Source of the DNA: Planctomycetota bacterium
GTDB taxonomy: Bacteria > Planctomycetota > JAJSAM01 > JAJVHW01
Direction of reading: 5' to 3'
Assembly: GCA_022072415.1 (NCBI GenBank)
Contig: JAJVHW010000041.1
Location: 1 to 57,600, forward strand
DNA: 57,600 nucleotides
Positions 7,925-16,932 of this stretch are shown here, piece by piece. A model generated the notes under the pieces. That model was not told the DNA's origin and searched no databases. It saw only the letters and a list, made by a program, of their open reading frames with translations. A program made the translations under genes and the position numbers. Each line of letters begins with the position of its first letter. Position 1 is the stretch's first letter.

Positions 7925-8998
7925 ATGCGCACGGCCCCGCTTCGAACCTCCTGCGGGGGGGCACTCCGTTCCCCTCGCTTCCCCCCCCGCCCGTTCCAGC
8001 GTGCCGCCGCGGCCGCGCTGATCGCCTTCGCGGCGCTCGCGACGGCGCCGTCGTGCGCGGGCACGCAGGGAGAGGACGGGCAGACCCTCCAGGCGTACCT
8101 CGAGAACGCGGCGCAGTACTACGACGGCGGGCACTACCTCCGCGCGTACCAGCAGTGGGAGCGTGCGCTCGAGCTCGAACCGTCCGAGGAGAAGGCGCTC
8201 CTCGGGCAGGCGATGGCCCTGTACCAGCTCGGTCGCGAGGAGTCGAAGGACGGCGTGGACCGCCTCGCCGAGGCGGAGCGGCGGCTGGACGGGCTCCGGC
8301 GCGAGGGCCTCGGCGACATGGCGTGGAAGGCGGAGCTCGGATTCGCGTTCGCGCAGCAGCGCTGGGCGGAGCTCTACGACCGGAAGCTCCGGAAGCTCGA
8401 GGCGGACGAGAAGGCCGGCGCGCTCGCCGCCGAGGGCGCCGCGCAGCTCCCCGTGGTCCGCGCGGAGCTCCCGAAGCGGATCGCGCGCGCGGAGGCGAGC
8501 TTCGGCAAGGTCCTCGAGGACAAGCGGACCGAGCCGAACTTCCACCTCACGTGCTGGCTGGGGCTCGCCCGCGCCGCGGCGATGCGCGGGGACTGGCAGG
8601 GCGCCCACGACTGGGCGCGGAAGTACGAGAAGAAGGTCACCGAGTCGAAGGCGTTCTGGAAGAAGCAGGGTCAGGAGTACGCGTCGAAGCTGTTCGGCGC
8701 GGAGCTCCAGGAGGCGGAACTCCGGGACGTCCTCGCCAACTGCCTCTTCAAGCTCGGTCGCGACGAGGAGGCGGAGCGGGAGCTCGACGCGCTCATCGCG
8801 CTCCAGGGCACGCGCGCCGACGCCTACCTGAACCGAGGCGTGCTGCGCCACCGCCGGAGGGCCTGGGACCTCGCCCGCTCCGACCTCCGGCGGTTCCTCC
8901 AGATCAGCCCGCTGCCGAAGGGCGATCCGGAGCTTCTCCGCGCCGCGGAGCTCCTCGTCGAGTGCGAGGACGAGCTCGCTCTCGAGCGGAAGGAGTGA
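7925..8998 (+). CDS. TPR-repeat putative lipoprotein
   Basis: Hydrophobic leader ending APSC; helical repeats (AYQQWERALELEP, ADAYLNRGVLR..ARSDLRRFLQISP); start may be 7898 or 7925. Confidence 0.7.
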   Translation: MRTAPLRTSCGGALRSPRFPPRPFQRAAAAALIAFAALATAPSCAGTQGEDGQTLQAYLENAAQYYDGGHYLRAYQQWERALELEPSEEKALLGQAMALYQLGREESKDGVDRLAEAERRLDGLRREGLGDMAWKAELGFAFAQQRWAELYDRKLRKLEADEKAGALAAEGAAQLPVVRAELPKRIARAEASFGKVLEDKRTEPNFHLTCWLGLARAAAMRGDWQGAHDWARKYEKKVTESKAFWKKQGQEYASKLFGAELQEAELRDVLANCLFKLGRDEEAERELDALIALQGTRADAYLNRGVLRHRRRAWDLARSDLRRFLQISPLPKGDPELLRAAELLVECEDELALERKE

Positions 8999-9030
8999 CC
9001 CGTCCGGCCGCCGGGCGGCGCAAGGTGCGG

Positions 9031-9036
9031 TAGGAT
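9031..9036 (+). promoter_or_regulatory. -10 element 6 nt before ATG (leaderless candidate)
   Basis: TAGGAT-CCCGGG-ATG(9043), no SD. Confidence 0.5.
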
Positions 9037-9042
9037 CCCGGG

Positions 9043-10161
9043 ATGCAGCGTCGCTCCCGATCCCGCGCGTCTTCCGGCAGGTCGTGTCGCGAGCCCTCCC
9101 GCGCGCCGCTCCTCGCGGCGCTCGTCCTTGCGGCGGCCGCGGCGTTCGCACCGTCCTCGCCCGCGCTCGCGGGAGACGTGCTCGAGCTCCGGTCCGGGGA
9201 GCTCGTCCCGGGGCGCGTCGTCGCCCTCGACGACCAGGGCGTCACGTTCGCGCGCGAGGCGGGCGGCGAGATCCGCGTCGGCTGGGACAAGGTGTGGCCC
9301 GGCTGCAGGTTCGACCTGTGGGAGAGATCGCTCGCGGCGGACGACGCGACGGGTCGCGTCCGGCTCGGCGAGTTCGGGATCGAGAACGAACTCTGGGGCC
9401 CCGCGCGGCGCGTGCTCGTCCAGGCGAAGGGGCTCGGCCACGCGGATCCTGCGTCGGTGGACGCGAAGCTCGCCGAGCTCCGGCGGCTGGAGGCCGACGA
9501 CGCAATCGCCGAGGCGGAGGCGCTGTCGTCGCGCGCCGAACTCGAGAAGGCCCTCGACCGCATCCGGACCTACCTCCGCGGCGCGGAACCGGGCGCCGAC
9601 GCGGACCGCGCGCGGGCGCTCGTCCCCGACCTCCTCGCGCGGATCGAGAAGCGCGACCTCGACGCGAAGGAGGACGAGGAGGCGCGGAGGCAGGCCGAGA
9701 AGGACGGGAAGCTGAAGGAGTGGATCTCGAAGCAGATGAAGTCGGCCGACGCGAGGAAGGCCGAGGGCGGGAAGCAGGCGGCCGACGGGTTCACGCAGCT
9801 CGCAGCGGGCAACCAGACGCGCACCCGGGACCATCTCGCGAAGTCGGAGGCGGCGTACAAGGCCGCGCGGGACCTCTACGCGAAGGTGCGGAAAGCCGTC
9901 CGCACGGGAGACGTCGCGGAGGAGTGCGCCGAGCGCATGAAGGACTGCGACCTCCGCGTCGTCGAGGTGCTCGCGCGCTGGGGCCGCATGGAGTGCGACA
10001 ACAAGGCGTGGAAGAAGGCCTCGCCGGTGGTGGACCGCGGGCTCGTGACGGATCCCGTCAACAAGGAGCTCCTCGACCTGAGGAAGCTGATCGACGAGAG
10101 CTGGGTGCGGAGGAAGCTCTCCGGCATCACGAACGCGACCGGGCACTCGTCGAGCAACTGA
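9043..10161 (+). CDS. Secreted hypothetical protein, helical/TPR-like C-terminus
   Basis: Signal peptide ending ALA|G; then DVLELRSGELVPGRVV; Lys/Glu-rich helical remainder; GC3-biased codons. Confidence 0.75.
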   Translation: MQRRSRSRASSGRSCREPSRAPLLAALVLAAAAAFAPSSPALAGDVLELRSGELVPGRVVALDDQGVTFAREAGGEIRVGWDKVWPGCRFDLWERSLAADDATGRVRLGEFGIENELWGPARRVLVQAKGLGHADPASVDAKLAELRRLEADDAIAEAEALSSRAELEKALDRIRTYLRGAEPGADADRARALVPDLLARIEKRDLDAKEDEEARRQAEKDGKLKEWISKQMKSADARKAEGGKQAADGFTQLAAGNQTRTRDHLAKSEAAYKAARDLYAKVRKAVRTGDVAEECAERMKDCDLRVVEVLARWGRMECDNKAWKKASPVVDRGLVTDPVNKELLDLRKLIDESWVRRKLSGITNATGHSSSN

Positions 10162-10223
10162 CGGCACGCAACTGACGTCACGCAACTGACGTCACGCAAC
10201 TGACGTCGAGCGACTGACGTCAG
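10154..10223. repeat. Tandem repeat, 5 x 14 bp (consensus GCAACTGACGTCAC)
   Basis: Five adjacent copies (two exact, three with 1-2 changes) between convergent genes; core palindrome TGACGTCA. Confidence 0.95.
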
Positions 10224-10248
10224 GCGGCCGACGTCGTGCGACCTCCGC

Positions 10249-11382
10249 CTACGAAGCGGCGCCGCCGCGGGGCCAGTATCCTTCCAGCAGCGAGTCGCCG
10301 CCGCATGCCGTGACGCGCGCGTTCTCGAGCCGCGGCGCGCTCGAGATCGGCCATCCGCCGCCGTCGAACGGCGTCGGGCCCGATCCGCCGATCACCACCG
10401 GCGCCGTGAACGCGGCCACCTGGCGGACGCATCCGGCGCGGAGCGTGGCGCCCGTGAGCACTCCCCCGGCCTCGAGCAGGACGCGGCGGATCCCGCGCTT
10501 CCGCATGTCCCGGAAGGCCGCGCCGAGCTTCACGTGTCCGTTCGGTCCCCGGGGCATCGCGGCGACCTCCGCCCCGCGCGCCTCGACGGCCGCGCGGCGC
10601 GCTGGGTCCGCTCCTTCGGCGCAGTAGAACAGCGTGCGCGCCTCGCGGGCGGTCTGGACCACGCGGGCCGTGTCCGGGGTCCGCAGGTCCGTGTCCAGGA
10701 CGACCCGAACCGGAGACGAACCCCCCGCCGCGGTGCGCACGGTGAGCAGCGGATCGTCCGCCTCCACGGTGCCCCGTCCCACGACGACCGCGTCCACGCT
10801 CGCGCGGAGCTCCTGGACCACCTCGCGGGACTGAGCGCCGGTGATCCAGCGCGAGTGGCCTCCGGAGTCGGCGATCCGCCCGTCGGCGGACATCGCCCAC
10901 TTGGCGATGACCCAGGGGACCTCCGCGAGCAGCGCGCGCTCGTAGCGGCCGAGGAGCTCGTCGCACGCCTCGCGCAGCACACCGGTCTCCCACGCGATTC
11001 CGGCGCGCGCGAACGCGTCCGCGGCGAGGCCTCGCGTGTCCGGATTCGGATCGGCGCTTCCGGCCACGACCCGCGCGACGCCCGACGCGACCACGAGCGG
11101 CACGCACGGCGGGGTCTTCTTGTTCACGTGCCCGCACGGCTCCAGCGTCACGACGAGCGTGCCGCCGCGCGCGCGGTCGCCGGCTTCCGCGAGGGCGCCG
11201 ACCTCCGCGTGGGCGCCGCCCCACCGCGCGTGGTACCCGCGGCCGACGACGGAGCCGTCCGCCGAGAGGACCACCGCTCCGACGAGCGGGTTCGGCTCCA
11301 CGCGGAAGCGTCCGCGCCGGGCGAGGTCGGCGGCCTCGGCCATCGCGCGCCGCACGGACTCGTCGCGCGCGTCCCGGTTCAC
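10249..11382 (-). CDS. ribD: Bifunctional riboflavin deaminase/reductase RibD
   Basis: PNPLVGAV, HAE, TLEPCGH..TPPC, KWAMSADG, SRWIT, DDPLLTVR; GTG start overlaps the miaB stop (GTGA). Confidence 0.95.
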   Translation of the reverse strand: MNRDARDESVRRAMAEAADLARRGRFRVEPNPLVGAVVLSADGSVVGRGYHARWGGAHAEVGALAEAGDRARGGTLVVTLEPCGHVNKKTPPCVPLVVASGVARVVAGSADPNPDTRGLAADAFARAGIAWETGVLREACDELLGRYERALLAEVPWVIAKWAMSADGRIADSGGHSRWITGAQSREVVQELRASVDAVVVGRGTVEADDPLLTVRTAAGGSSPVRVVLDTDLRTPDTARVVQTAREARTLFYCAEGADPARRAAVEARGAEVAAMPRGPNGHVKLGAAFRDMRKRGIRRVLLEAGGVLTGATLRAGCVRQVAAFTAPVVIGGSGPTPFDGGGWPISSAPRLENARVTACGGDSLLEGYWPRGGAAS

Positions 11383-12737
11383 CGCTCGGATCCGGCGACG
11401 AGGCGCCCGTAGAGGGCGGGCGCGGTCGCGCGCTCCACGTCCACCTGCACGAACCGTCCGGAGAGTTCCGCGGGACCCTCGAAGATCACCGTGCGGTGGC
11501 CGTCCTCGAGCCCCGCGAGGCGCGAGGCGTCCTTCTCCGACGGGCCGTCCACGAGCACCTCGATGCGGCGTCCCGCGAACGCCGAGTTCCGCCGGAGCGC
11601 GATCTCGTCCTGGAGGTCGAGCAGGTCGTTGTTGCGGCGCTTCTTCTCCGCCTCGGGGACGTCGTCCGCGAGGTCCGACGCGGCGGTGCCGGGGCGCGGC
11701 GAGTACTTGAACACGTAGATCTGCTTGAAGCCCACCTGTTCGACCAGGGTCCTCGTGGCGAGGTACTCCTCCTCGGTCTCGCCGGGGAACCCGACGATGA
11801 GGTCGGTCGCGAGCTCGATGCCCGGGCAGAGCTCCCGGGCGCGCGCGCAGAGCTCGAGGTAGCGGTCCCGCGTGTACCCGCGGCGCATGCGGCGGAGCAC
11901 CGCGTCGGAGCCGGACTGCGCGGGGAAGTGGAGGTAGCCGCACGCGCGGGGGAGCTCCCCCATCGCCTCGAGCAGGTCCTCGCGGAGGTCCATCGGGTTG
12001 CTGGTGAGGAAGCGGATCCGCTCGATCCCGGGGACCCTGTCCACGGCGCGGATCAGGGTCGCGAGCGTCGGGCGGCGCCCGTCCGGGCCGGCGTCGAGCG
12101 TGCGCCCGTACGTGTTGATGTTCTGGCCGAGGAGCGTCACCTCGCGCACGCCGTCGTCGGCGAGCCGGCGCACCTCTTCGGCCACGTCCTCGAGCGAGCG
12201 GTCGATCTGCGGGCCGCGCGTCCTCGGGACGATGCAGTAGCTGCACTTGTGGTCGCACCCGCGCATCACGGAGACGAACGCGCGGTGGCGCTGCGGCCGG
12301 ATGCGCACGTCCCGCCGCACGTCCACGTACCCGTCGGTCTCGACCGCGAGGACCTGGCCCTCGGCCCGGGCGCGCTCGACGAGCGCGTCCATCACGGGGA
12401 ACCGTCGCGTGCCGCAGACGATGTCCACGTGCGGCATCCGCCGGAGGATCGACTCGGCCTCGCGCTGCGCCATGCAGCCCATCACGCCGATCAGCAACGA
12501 CGGGTCGGTGCGCTTCCTCTCCCGCAGCGCGCCGAGACGCGACCACACGCGGTGCTCGCTCTGGTCGCGCACGGAGCACGTGTTGAAGAGGATCAGCTCG
12601 GCGGCCTCCGCGTCCTCGGTGCGCTCCCAGCCCTTCGACGCGAGACGCGAGAGCGCGAGCTCCCCGTCGAGGACGTTCATCTGGCAGCCGAAGGCCTCGA
12701 CGTAGACCTTCCTCGCGCGCGGCGCCTCGGCGGTCAA
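11379..12737 (-). CDS. miaB: tRNA methylthiotransferase MiaB
   Basis: FGCQMN, NTCSVR, GCMAQ, radical-SAM CDHKCSYC, QSGSD, DLIVGFPGET, C-terminal TRAM domain. Confidence 0.93.
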   Translation of the reverse strand: MTAEAPRARKVYVEAFGCQMNVLDGELALSRLASKGWERTEDAEAAELILFNTCSVRDQSEHRVWSRLGALRERKRTDPSLLIGVMGCMAQREAESILRRMPHVDIVCGTRRFPVMDALVERARAEGQVLAVETDGYVDVRRDVRIRPQRHRAFVSVMRGCDHKCSYCIVPRTRGPQIDRSLEDVAEEVRRLADDGVREVTLLGQNINTYGRTLDAGPDGRRPTLATLIRAVDRVPGIERIRFLTSNPMDLREDLLEAMGELPRACGYLHFPAQSGSDAVLRRMRRGYTRDRYLELCARARELCPGIELATDLIVGFPGETEEEYLATRTLVEQVGFKQIYVFKYSPRPGTAASDLADDVPEAEKKRRNNDLLDLQDEIALRRNSAFAGRRIEVLVDGPSEKDASRLAGLEDGHRTVIFEGPAELSGRFVQVDVERATAPALYGRLVAGSER

Positions 12738-13525
12738 GCGGCGGCCTCCGCCCGGGCGAGCTTGCGAGCGAGATCGTCCTTCCGCTCCTCGAGGGCGCGG
12801 ATCGCCCCGTCGTCCTCGGCCGAGAGGATCTCCTCGTCGGCCTCCGCGAGCGCGCGGCGGAGCGCCGCGGCGGCCTCCGGCCCGAATCCGGCGTTCAGGA
12901 ACGAGTCGGCCGCGAGGGTGAACCCCTGCAGCGCGCCGCCGTCCGGGTACATGTGGCGGTAGAGCTCCCGCAGCCCGTCGCGGTAGACCTCGCGGACGAG
13001 CTGCTCGCCGAACAGGAACGACGACCGGACGACCACGGTGCCGCGCCCCATCGACGGCAGGATCTGCTCGAGGCGGCGCCGCGCGCGGCCGTAGAGGTTC
13101 CGCACGTGCTTCAGGCGCTTGGGGTAGTAGACGTTCACCTCGCGGTAGTACCTCTCGTACTCCTCCGGATCGATCCGCATGGACTCGTCGCGGACGGTGA
13201 AGTGCTCCTCCTTGAGCAGCGAGACCTCGTGATAGATGTTCGACACGTGGCTGTCGAACGGGTCGGCGCTCGTCGCCGTGCGGAAGAGCCGGTGGGACTG
13301 CTCCCGGAGGTGCGAGAGGTCCCCGTCCCGGAGCTTCTCGAGGGACGACGCGTCGAGCAGCGTCTCCAGCTCCTCCGGCGGAAGCTGGAGTTCCTTCCGG
13401 TCCACGCCGTAGCGCTCCGCGAATCCCATGACGCGGCGCTCGTAGGACCCGAACAGCGCGTGGAACGTGACGTACGAACCGTAGAAGGTCCGGATCAGTA
13501 TCCAGCGGCGCTCGTCGGAGCGCAT
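12734..13525 (-). CDS. Hypothetical protein (263 aa, helical)
   Basis: Protein-like composition and codon bias; stop overlaps the miaB TTG start. Confidence 0.8.
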   Translation of the reverse strand: MRSDERRWILIRTFYGSYVTFHALFGSYERRVMGFAERYGVDRKELQLPPEELETLLDASSLEKLRDGDLSHLREQSHRLFRTATSADPFDSHVSNIYHEVSLLKEEHFTVRDESMRIDPEEYERYYREVNVYYPKRLKHVRNLYGRARRRLEQILPSMGRGTVVVRSSFLFGEQLVREVYRDGLRELYRHMYPDGGALQGFTLAADSFLNAGFGPEAAAALRRALAEADEEILSAEDDGAIRALEERKDDLARKLARAEAAA

Positions 13526-13543
13526 GGGGGATGTCCGGCGGGT

Positions 13544-13567
13544 CCCGGCGCCCTCGCGGGCGCCGGG
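13544..13567. other. GC-rich hairpin after rplQ (GCGA loop on minus strand, no U-tract)
   Basis: CCCGGCGCCC-TCGC-GGGCGCCGGG perfect 10-bp stem. Confidence 0.5.
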
Positions 13568-13574
13568 GCTCCGG

Positions 13575-14066
13575 TCAGCCCTCCGTCGGAAGCGCGCCGC
13601 CGCCTGCGCGGGCCTTGCGCTTCTCGTCGCGCGCCGCGCGGGCGGCGGCCTTCGCCGCCGCGTCGGCCTCGGCGTCGAAGTCCACGAGCTCGAAGATGGC
13701 GACCGGAGCGCGGTCGCCGAGCCTCGGCATCGCCTTCTTCATGATGCGCGTGTAGCCGCCCGGACGGTCCGCGAAGCGCGGCCCGATCTCGTCCACGAGC
13801 TTGACCGCGACGGTCTCGTCGTGGAGCGCGGAGATGAGCTTGCGGATGGCGTTCAGGCGCACGTTCCGCGCGCCCTCGCCCTTCGCAGCCGCGCCGCGCT
13901 TCGCCGCGGTGATGAGGGACTCCGCCCAGGGGCGGAACTCCTTCGCCTTCGGCACCGTCGTCTCGATCCGGCCGTGCGTGAAGAGCGCGCACACCACGTG
14001 ACGGCGGAGCGCCTCGCGCTGCGGGCTCTTCCGGCCAAGCTTGCGGCCCTTGTTCCTGTGCCTCAT
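13575..14066 (-). CDS. rplQ: 50S ribosomal protein L17
   Basis: MRHRNKGRKLGR, IETTVPKAKE, RPGGYTRI. Confidence 0.98.
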   Translation of the reverse strand: MRHRNKGRKLGRKSPQREALRRHVVCALFTHGRIETTVPKAKEFRPWAESLITAAKRGAAAKGEGARNVRLNAIRKLISALHDETVAVKLVDEIGPRFADRPGGYTRIMKKAMPRLGDRAPVAIFELVDFDAEADAAAKAAARAARDEKRKARAGGGALPTEG

Positions 14067-14087
14067 GTCGTCCTCCGGTTCCCTGGA

Positions 14088-15125
14088 TCAGCCCTTGAGG
14101 ACGGCGTCCACGTCCATGTCGAGCGAGAGACCCAGGTCCTCGAGCTTCTTCTCGATCTCCTTCAGGGTCGTCTTGCCGAAATTCTTCACGTTGAGGAGCT
14201 CGTCCTTCTCGCGGCGGCAGAGGTCCGCCACAGTCTCGATCCCCTCCTCGCGCATGCAGTTCGCGGCGCGGACGGAGAGCTCGAGCGACGAGATCGGACG
14301 CGACAGCACCTCGCGGGAGCTCGCGCCGCCCGCCGAGGACGCGGCGCCGGACGGCGCGGACGGAGCCGACGCCTCGCCGATCCCGGAGAAGAGCCCGGCG
14401 GCGGCGGACGATCCGCCGGTGTCGCCCGGGAGCACGAACGCGTTCAGGTGCTTCCGGTAGATCTTCGACGACTCCACCAGCGCCTCGTCGGGCGAGACGG
14501 TGCCGTTCGTCCAGATCTCGATGGAGAGCTTGTCGTAGTTCGTCATCTTGCCCACGCGGGTCGCCGTCACGCTGTGACGGACGCGGACCACGGGGGAGAA
14601 GAGCGAGTCCACGGGGATCACGCCGAGCTCCATCTCCGCGTCGTAGTTCTCCTCCGCGGTGACGAAGCCGCGGCCGCGGCGGACGGTGATCTCCATCTCG
14701 AGCGTCACGCCGTCCTTGGCGATCGTGCAGAGGTAGAGGTCCTTGTTGAGGATCGAGACGTCCTGGGTCTCCTCGAACAGCGAGGCCGTGACCGCGCCCT
14801 TCTTCGTCGCGCGCAGGCGGAGCTGGCGCGGCTCGGAGGACTCGGAGCGGACGAGGAGCCGCTTCACGTTGAGGACGATCTCGGTCATGTCCTCCACGAC
14901 GCCGTCGATCGTGGAGAACTCGTGGGGCGCGCCCTGGACGCGCACGTGCGTGACCGCCGACCCCTCGAGGGACGACAGCAGCACGCGGCGGAGGCCGTTG
15001 CCCACGGTGTGCCCGAAGCCGCGCTCGAAGGGCTCGGCGACGAACAGCGCGTAGTTCGCGTTGGAAACCGCCTCGTCGCGGATGACGCGGTTGGGAAGCT
15101 CGAATTCACGCCAGCGGATTCGCAT
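14088..15125 (-). CDS. rpoA: RNA polymerase alpha subunit
   Basis: EPFERGFGHTVGNGLRRVLLSS, HEFSTIDGVVED, LELSVRAANC, KNFGKTTLKEI. Confidence 0.98.
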   Translation of the reverse strand: MRIRWREFELPNRVIRDEAVSNANYALFVAEPFERGFGHTVGNGLRRVLLSSLEGSAVTHVRVQGAPHEFSTIDGVVEDMTEIVLNVKRLLVRSESSEPRQLRLRATKKGAVTASLFEETQDVSILNKDLYLCTIAKDGVTLEMEITVRRGRGFVTAEENYDAEMELGVIPVDSLFSPVVRVRHSVTATRVGKMTNYDKLSIEIWTNGTVSPDEALVESSKIYRKHLNAFVLPGDTGGSSAAAGLFSGIGEASAPSAPSGAASSAGGASSREVLSRPISSLELSVRAANCMREEGIETVADLCRREKDELLNVKNFGKTTLKEIEKKLEDLGLSLDMDVDAVLKG

Positions 15126-15150
15126 GGTGTTCCTCCTCTCGCGCCGCGCG

Positions 15151-15783
15151 TCAGCGCGAGCAGACCTCGACCACGAACAGTTCGTTGATGTCGAACGGCA
15201 CGTCCTGGCGCTTCGGGAGCGTGATCACGTTCCCGGAGAGCTGGGCCTCGTCCACCTGCACCCACGACGGCGGCTGGCGGAGGGCCTTGGCGGCGTCGAG
15301 CCCGCCCTTGAGCAGGTTGCGGCTGCGCTCGACGCCCGCGGCGGCGACGACGTCGCCCGCGCGCACGACGTAGCCCGGAGCGGTGACGCGCCGGCCGTTG
15401 ACGTTCACGTGGCCGTGCACCACCGACTGGCGGGCCGCGGCGCGCGAGGCGGCGAAGCCCATGGCGTAGAGGACGTTGTCCAGGCGGCGCTCGAGGAGCA
15501 TCAGCAGGTTCTCGCCCGTGTTGCCCTTCAGGCGGCCGGCCTCCTCGAACACGCGGCGGAAGCCGCGCTCGTGCAGCCCGTAGATGCGCTTCAGCTTCTG
15601 CTTCTCGCGCAGGCGGGTGCCGTACTCGGACATGCGCCCGCGACCCTTGCGGCCGGCGAGGCCCGGAGGCGTCTCGCGCCGGCGGGCCGCGCACTTCTCG
15701 GTGAAGCAGCGCGCGCCCTTCAGGTACAGCAGGACGCCCTCGCGCCGGCAGAGCCGGCACTTCGCGTCAGCGACTTTCGCCAT
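15151..15783 (-). CDS. rpsD: 30S ribosomal protein S4 (Zn-binding type)
   Basis: CRLCRREG..RC..KC, LREKQK, LERRLDNV, HGHVNVNG. Confidence 0.98.
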   Translation of the reverse strand: MAKVADAKCRLCRREGVLLYLKGARCFTEKCAARRRETPPGLAGRKGRGRMSEYGTRLREKQKLKRIYGLHERGFRRVFEEAGRLKGNTGENLLMLLERRLDNVLYAMGFAASRAAARQSVVHGHVNVNGRRVTAPGYVVRAGDVVAAAGVERSRNLLKGGLDAAKALRQPPSWVQVDEAQLSGNVITLPKRQDVPFDINELFVVEVCSR

Positions 15784-15961
15784 GGTCTCCTTCGTCCTTC
15801 CTCACGCGTGCCCGTCCGGTTCACCCCTCCGCTCGGAGGGGCGGCTCCCGCAGAGCCGGACGTTCCGGGGACCCTCGTCCCGCGGGGCGCGCGTCGCGCC
15901 GGGAGCGCGCCGGGAGCTTCCGCCCCCGTGCGCACCTATGTGTTTCGGTACCGCCCGCGGA

Positions 15962-16417
15962 TCAGACGCGGCGCCGCTTGCGCGGCCTGCATCCGTTGTG
16001 CGGGATCGGGGTGACGTCCTCGATCGCCTTGATCTTGAGCCCCGCCGCGGCCAGCGCCCGGATGGCGGACTCGCGTCCGGCGCCCGGACCGCGCACGAGC
16101 ACCTCGACCTCGCGCACGCCGAGCTTCATCGCCTTGTCGGCGACCCGCTCGGCCGCCCGCTGGGCGCCGAACGGCGTGCTCTTGCGCGATCCCTTGAAGC
16201 CGGCGGTGCCCGCCGACTCCCAGCAGAGCGTCTCGCCGCCGGGCTCGGCGACGGTGACGATGGTGTTGTTGAAGCTCGCGTGCACGTGCACCACGGCGCG
16301 CGGCACGTTCCGCTTCCCCTTCTTCGGGGCGGCGGGAGCGGCGGCCGCCGCGGGCGCGGCGTCCTTCGGCGCCTCCTTCGGCGCCTCCTTCGTTGCCTGG
16401 GGCTTGTCCTGGCTCAT
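15962..16417 (-). CDS. rpsK: 30S ribosomal protein S11
   Basis: [31 protein letters not shown]. Confidence 0.98.
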   Translation of the reverse strand: MSQDKPQATKEAPKEAPKDAAPAAAAAPAAPKKGKRNVPRAVVHVHASFNNTIVTVAEPGGETLCWESAGTAGFKGSRKSTPFGAQRAAERVADKAMKLGVREVEVLVRGPGAGRESAIRALAAAGLKIKAIEDVTPIPHNGCRPRKRRRV

Positions 16418-16421
16418 CCGA

Positions 16422-16802
16422 TCACATCTCCTTCACGGACTTCTTGCGCGCGACCGTCTTGCGCGGGCCCTTGCGCGTGCGCGCGTTCGTGCGCGTGCGC
16501 TGGCCGCGGGCCGGGAGGCCCCTGATGTGGCGCGAGCCGCGGTAGCACTTGATCTCCTTCAGGCGCTGGATGTTCTGCAGCACCTGACGGCGGAGTTGGC
16601 CTTCGACCACGTACTTCCGCTCGATGAGCTGGTTCAGTTGCGACACCTGCTCCTCGGTGATGTCCTTCGCCCGGGTGGCCGGGTCGATGCGGAGCTCCTC
16701 GAGGATCGCCGCGGACACCTTGGGTCCGATGCCGTAGATGTACCGGAGCGCGATGTCGATTCGCTTGCCCGGAGGGATGTCCACGCCGCTTACACGGGGC
16801 AT
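16422..16802 (-). CDS. rpsM: 30S ribosomal protein S13
   Basis: [20 protein letters not shown]. Confidence 0.98.
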   Translation of the reverse strand: MPRVSGVDIPPGKRIDIALRYIYGIGPKVSAAILEELRIDPATRAKDITEEQVSQLNQLIERKYVVEGQLRRQVLQNIQRLKEIKCYRGSRHIRGLPARGQRTRTNARTRKGPRKTVARKKSVKEM

Positions 16803-16812
16803 TTCAGACCTC

Positions 16813-16926
16813 TCAGCCCTGACGCTGCTTGTGGCGCTTGTCCTTGCAGATCACCCGGAGGACGCCGTTTCTCCGGACGACGCGGCACTGGTCGCACATG
16901 CGCCGCACGCTGGTTCGTACCTTCAT
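16813..16926 (-). CDS. rpmJ: 50S ribosomal protein L36 (Zn-ribbon type)
   Basis: Hand translation [37 protein letters not shown]; below the ORF-track cutoff. Confidence 0.97.
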   Translation of the reverse strand: MKVRTSVRRMCDQCRVVRRNGVLRVICKDKRHKQRQG

Positions 16927-16932
16927 GGTTCT

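Noticed and set aside
10154-10223. Possible CRISPR array
   Set aside because: 14-bp units are directly adjacent with no spacers; no cas genes in the window
10249-11500. FMN riboswitch or rib operon around ribD
   Set aside because: ribD overlaps miaB with no leader, and no other rib genes are adjacent
11383-12579. 776-aa ORF suggesting a long RibD fusion
   Set aside because: The N-terminal ~400 aa is an off-frame read of miaB; RibD starts at the GTGA overlap
16340-16400. Short repeats in the rpsK 5' region ([12 protein letters not shown])
   Set aside because: Ordinary low-complexity N-terminal extension within the coding frame
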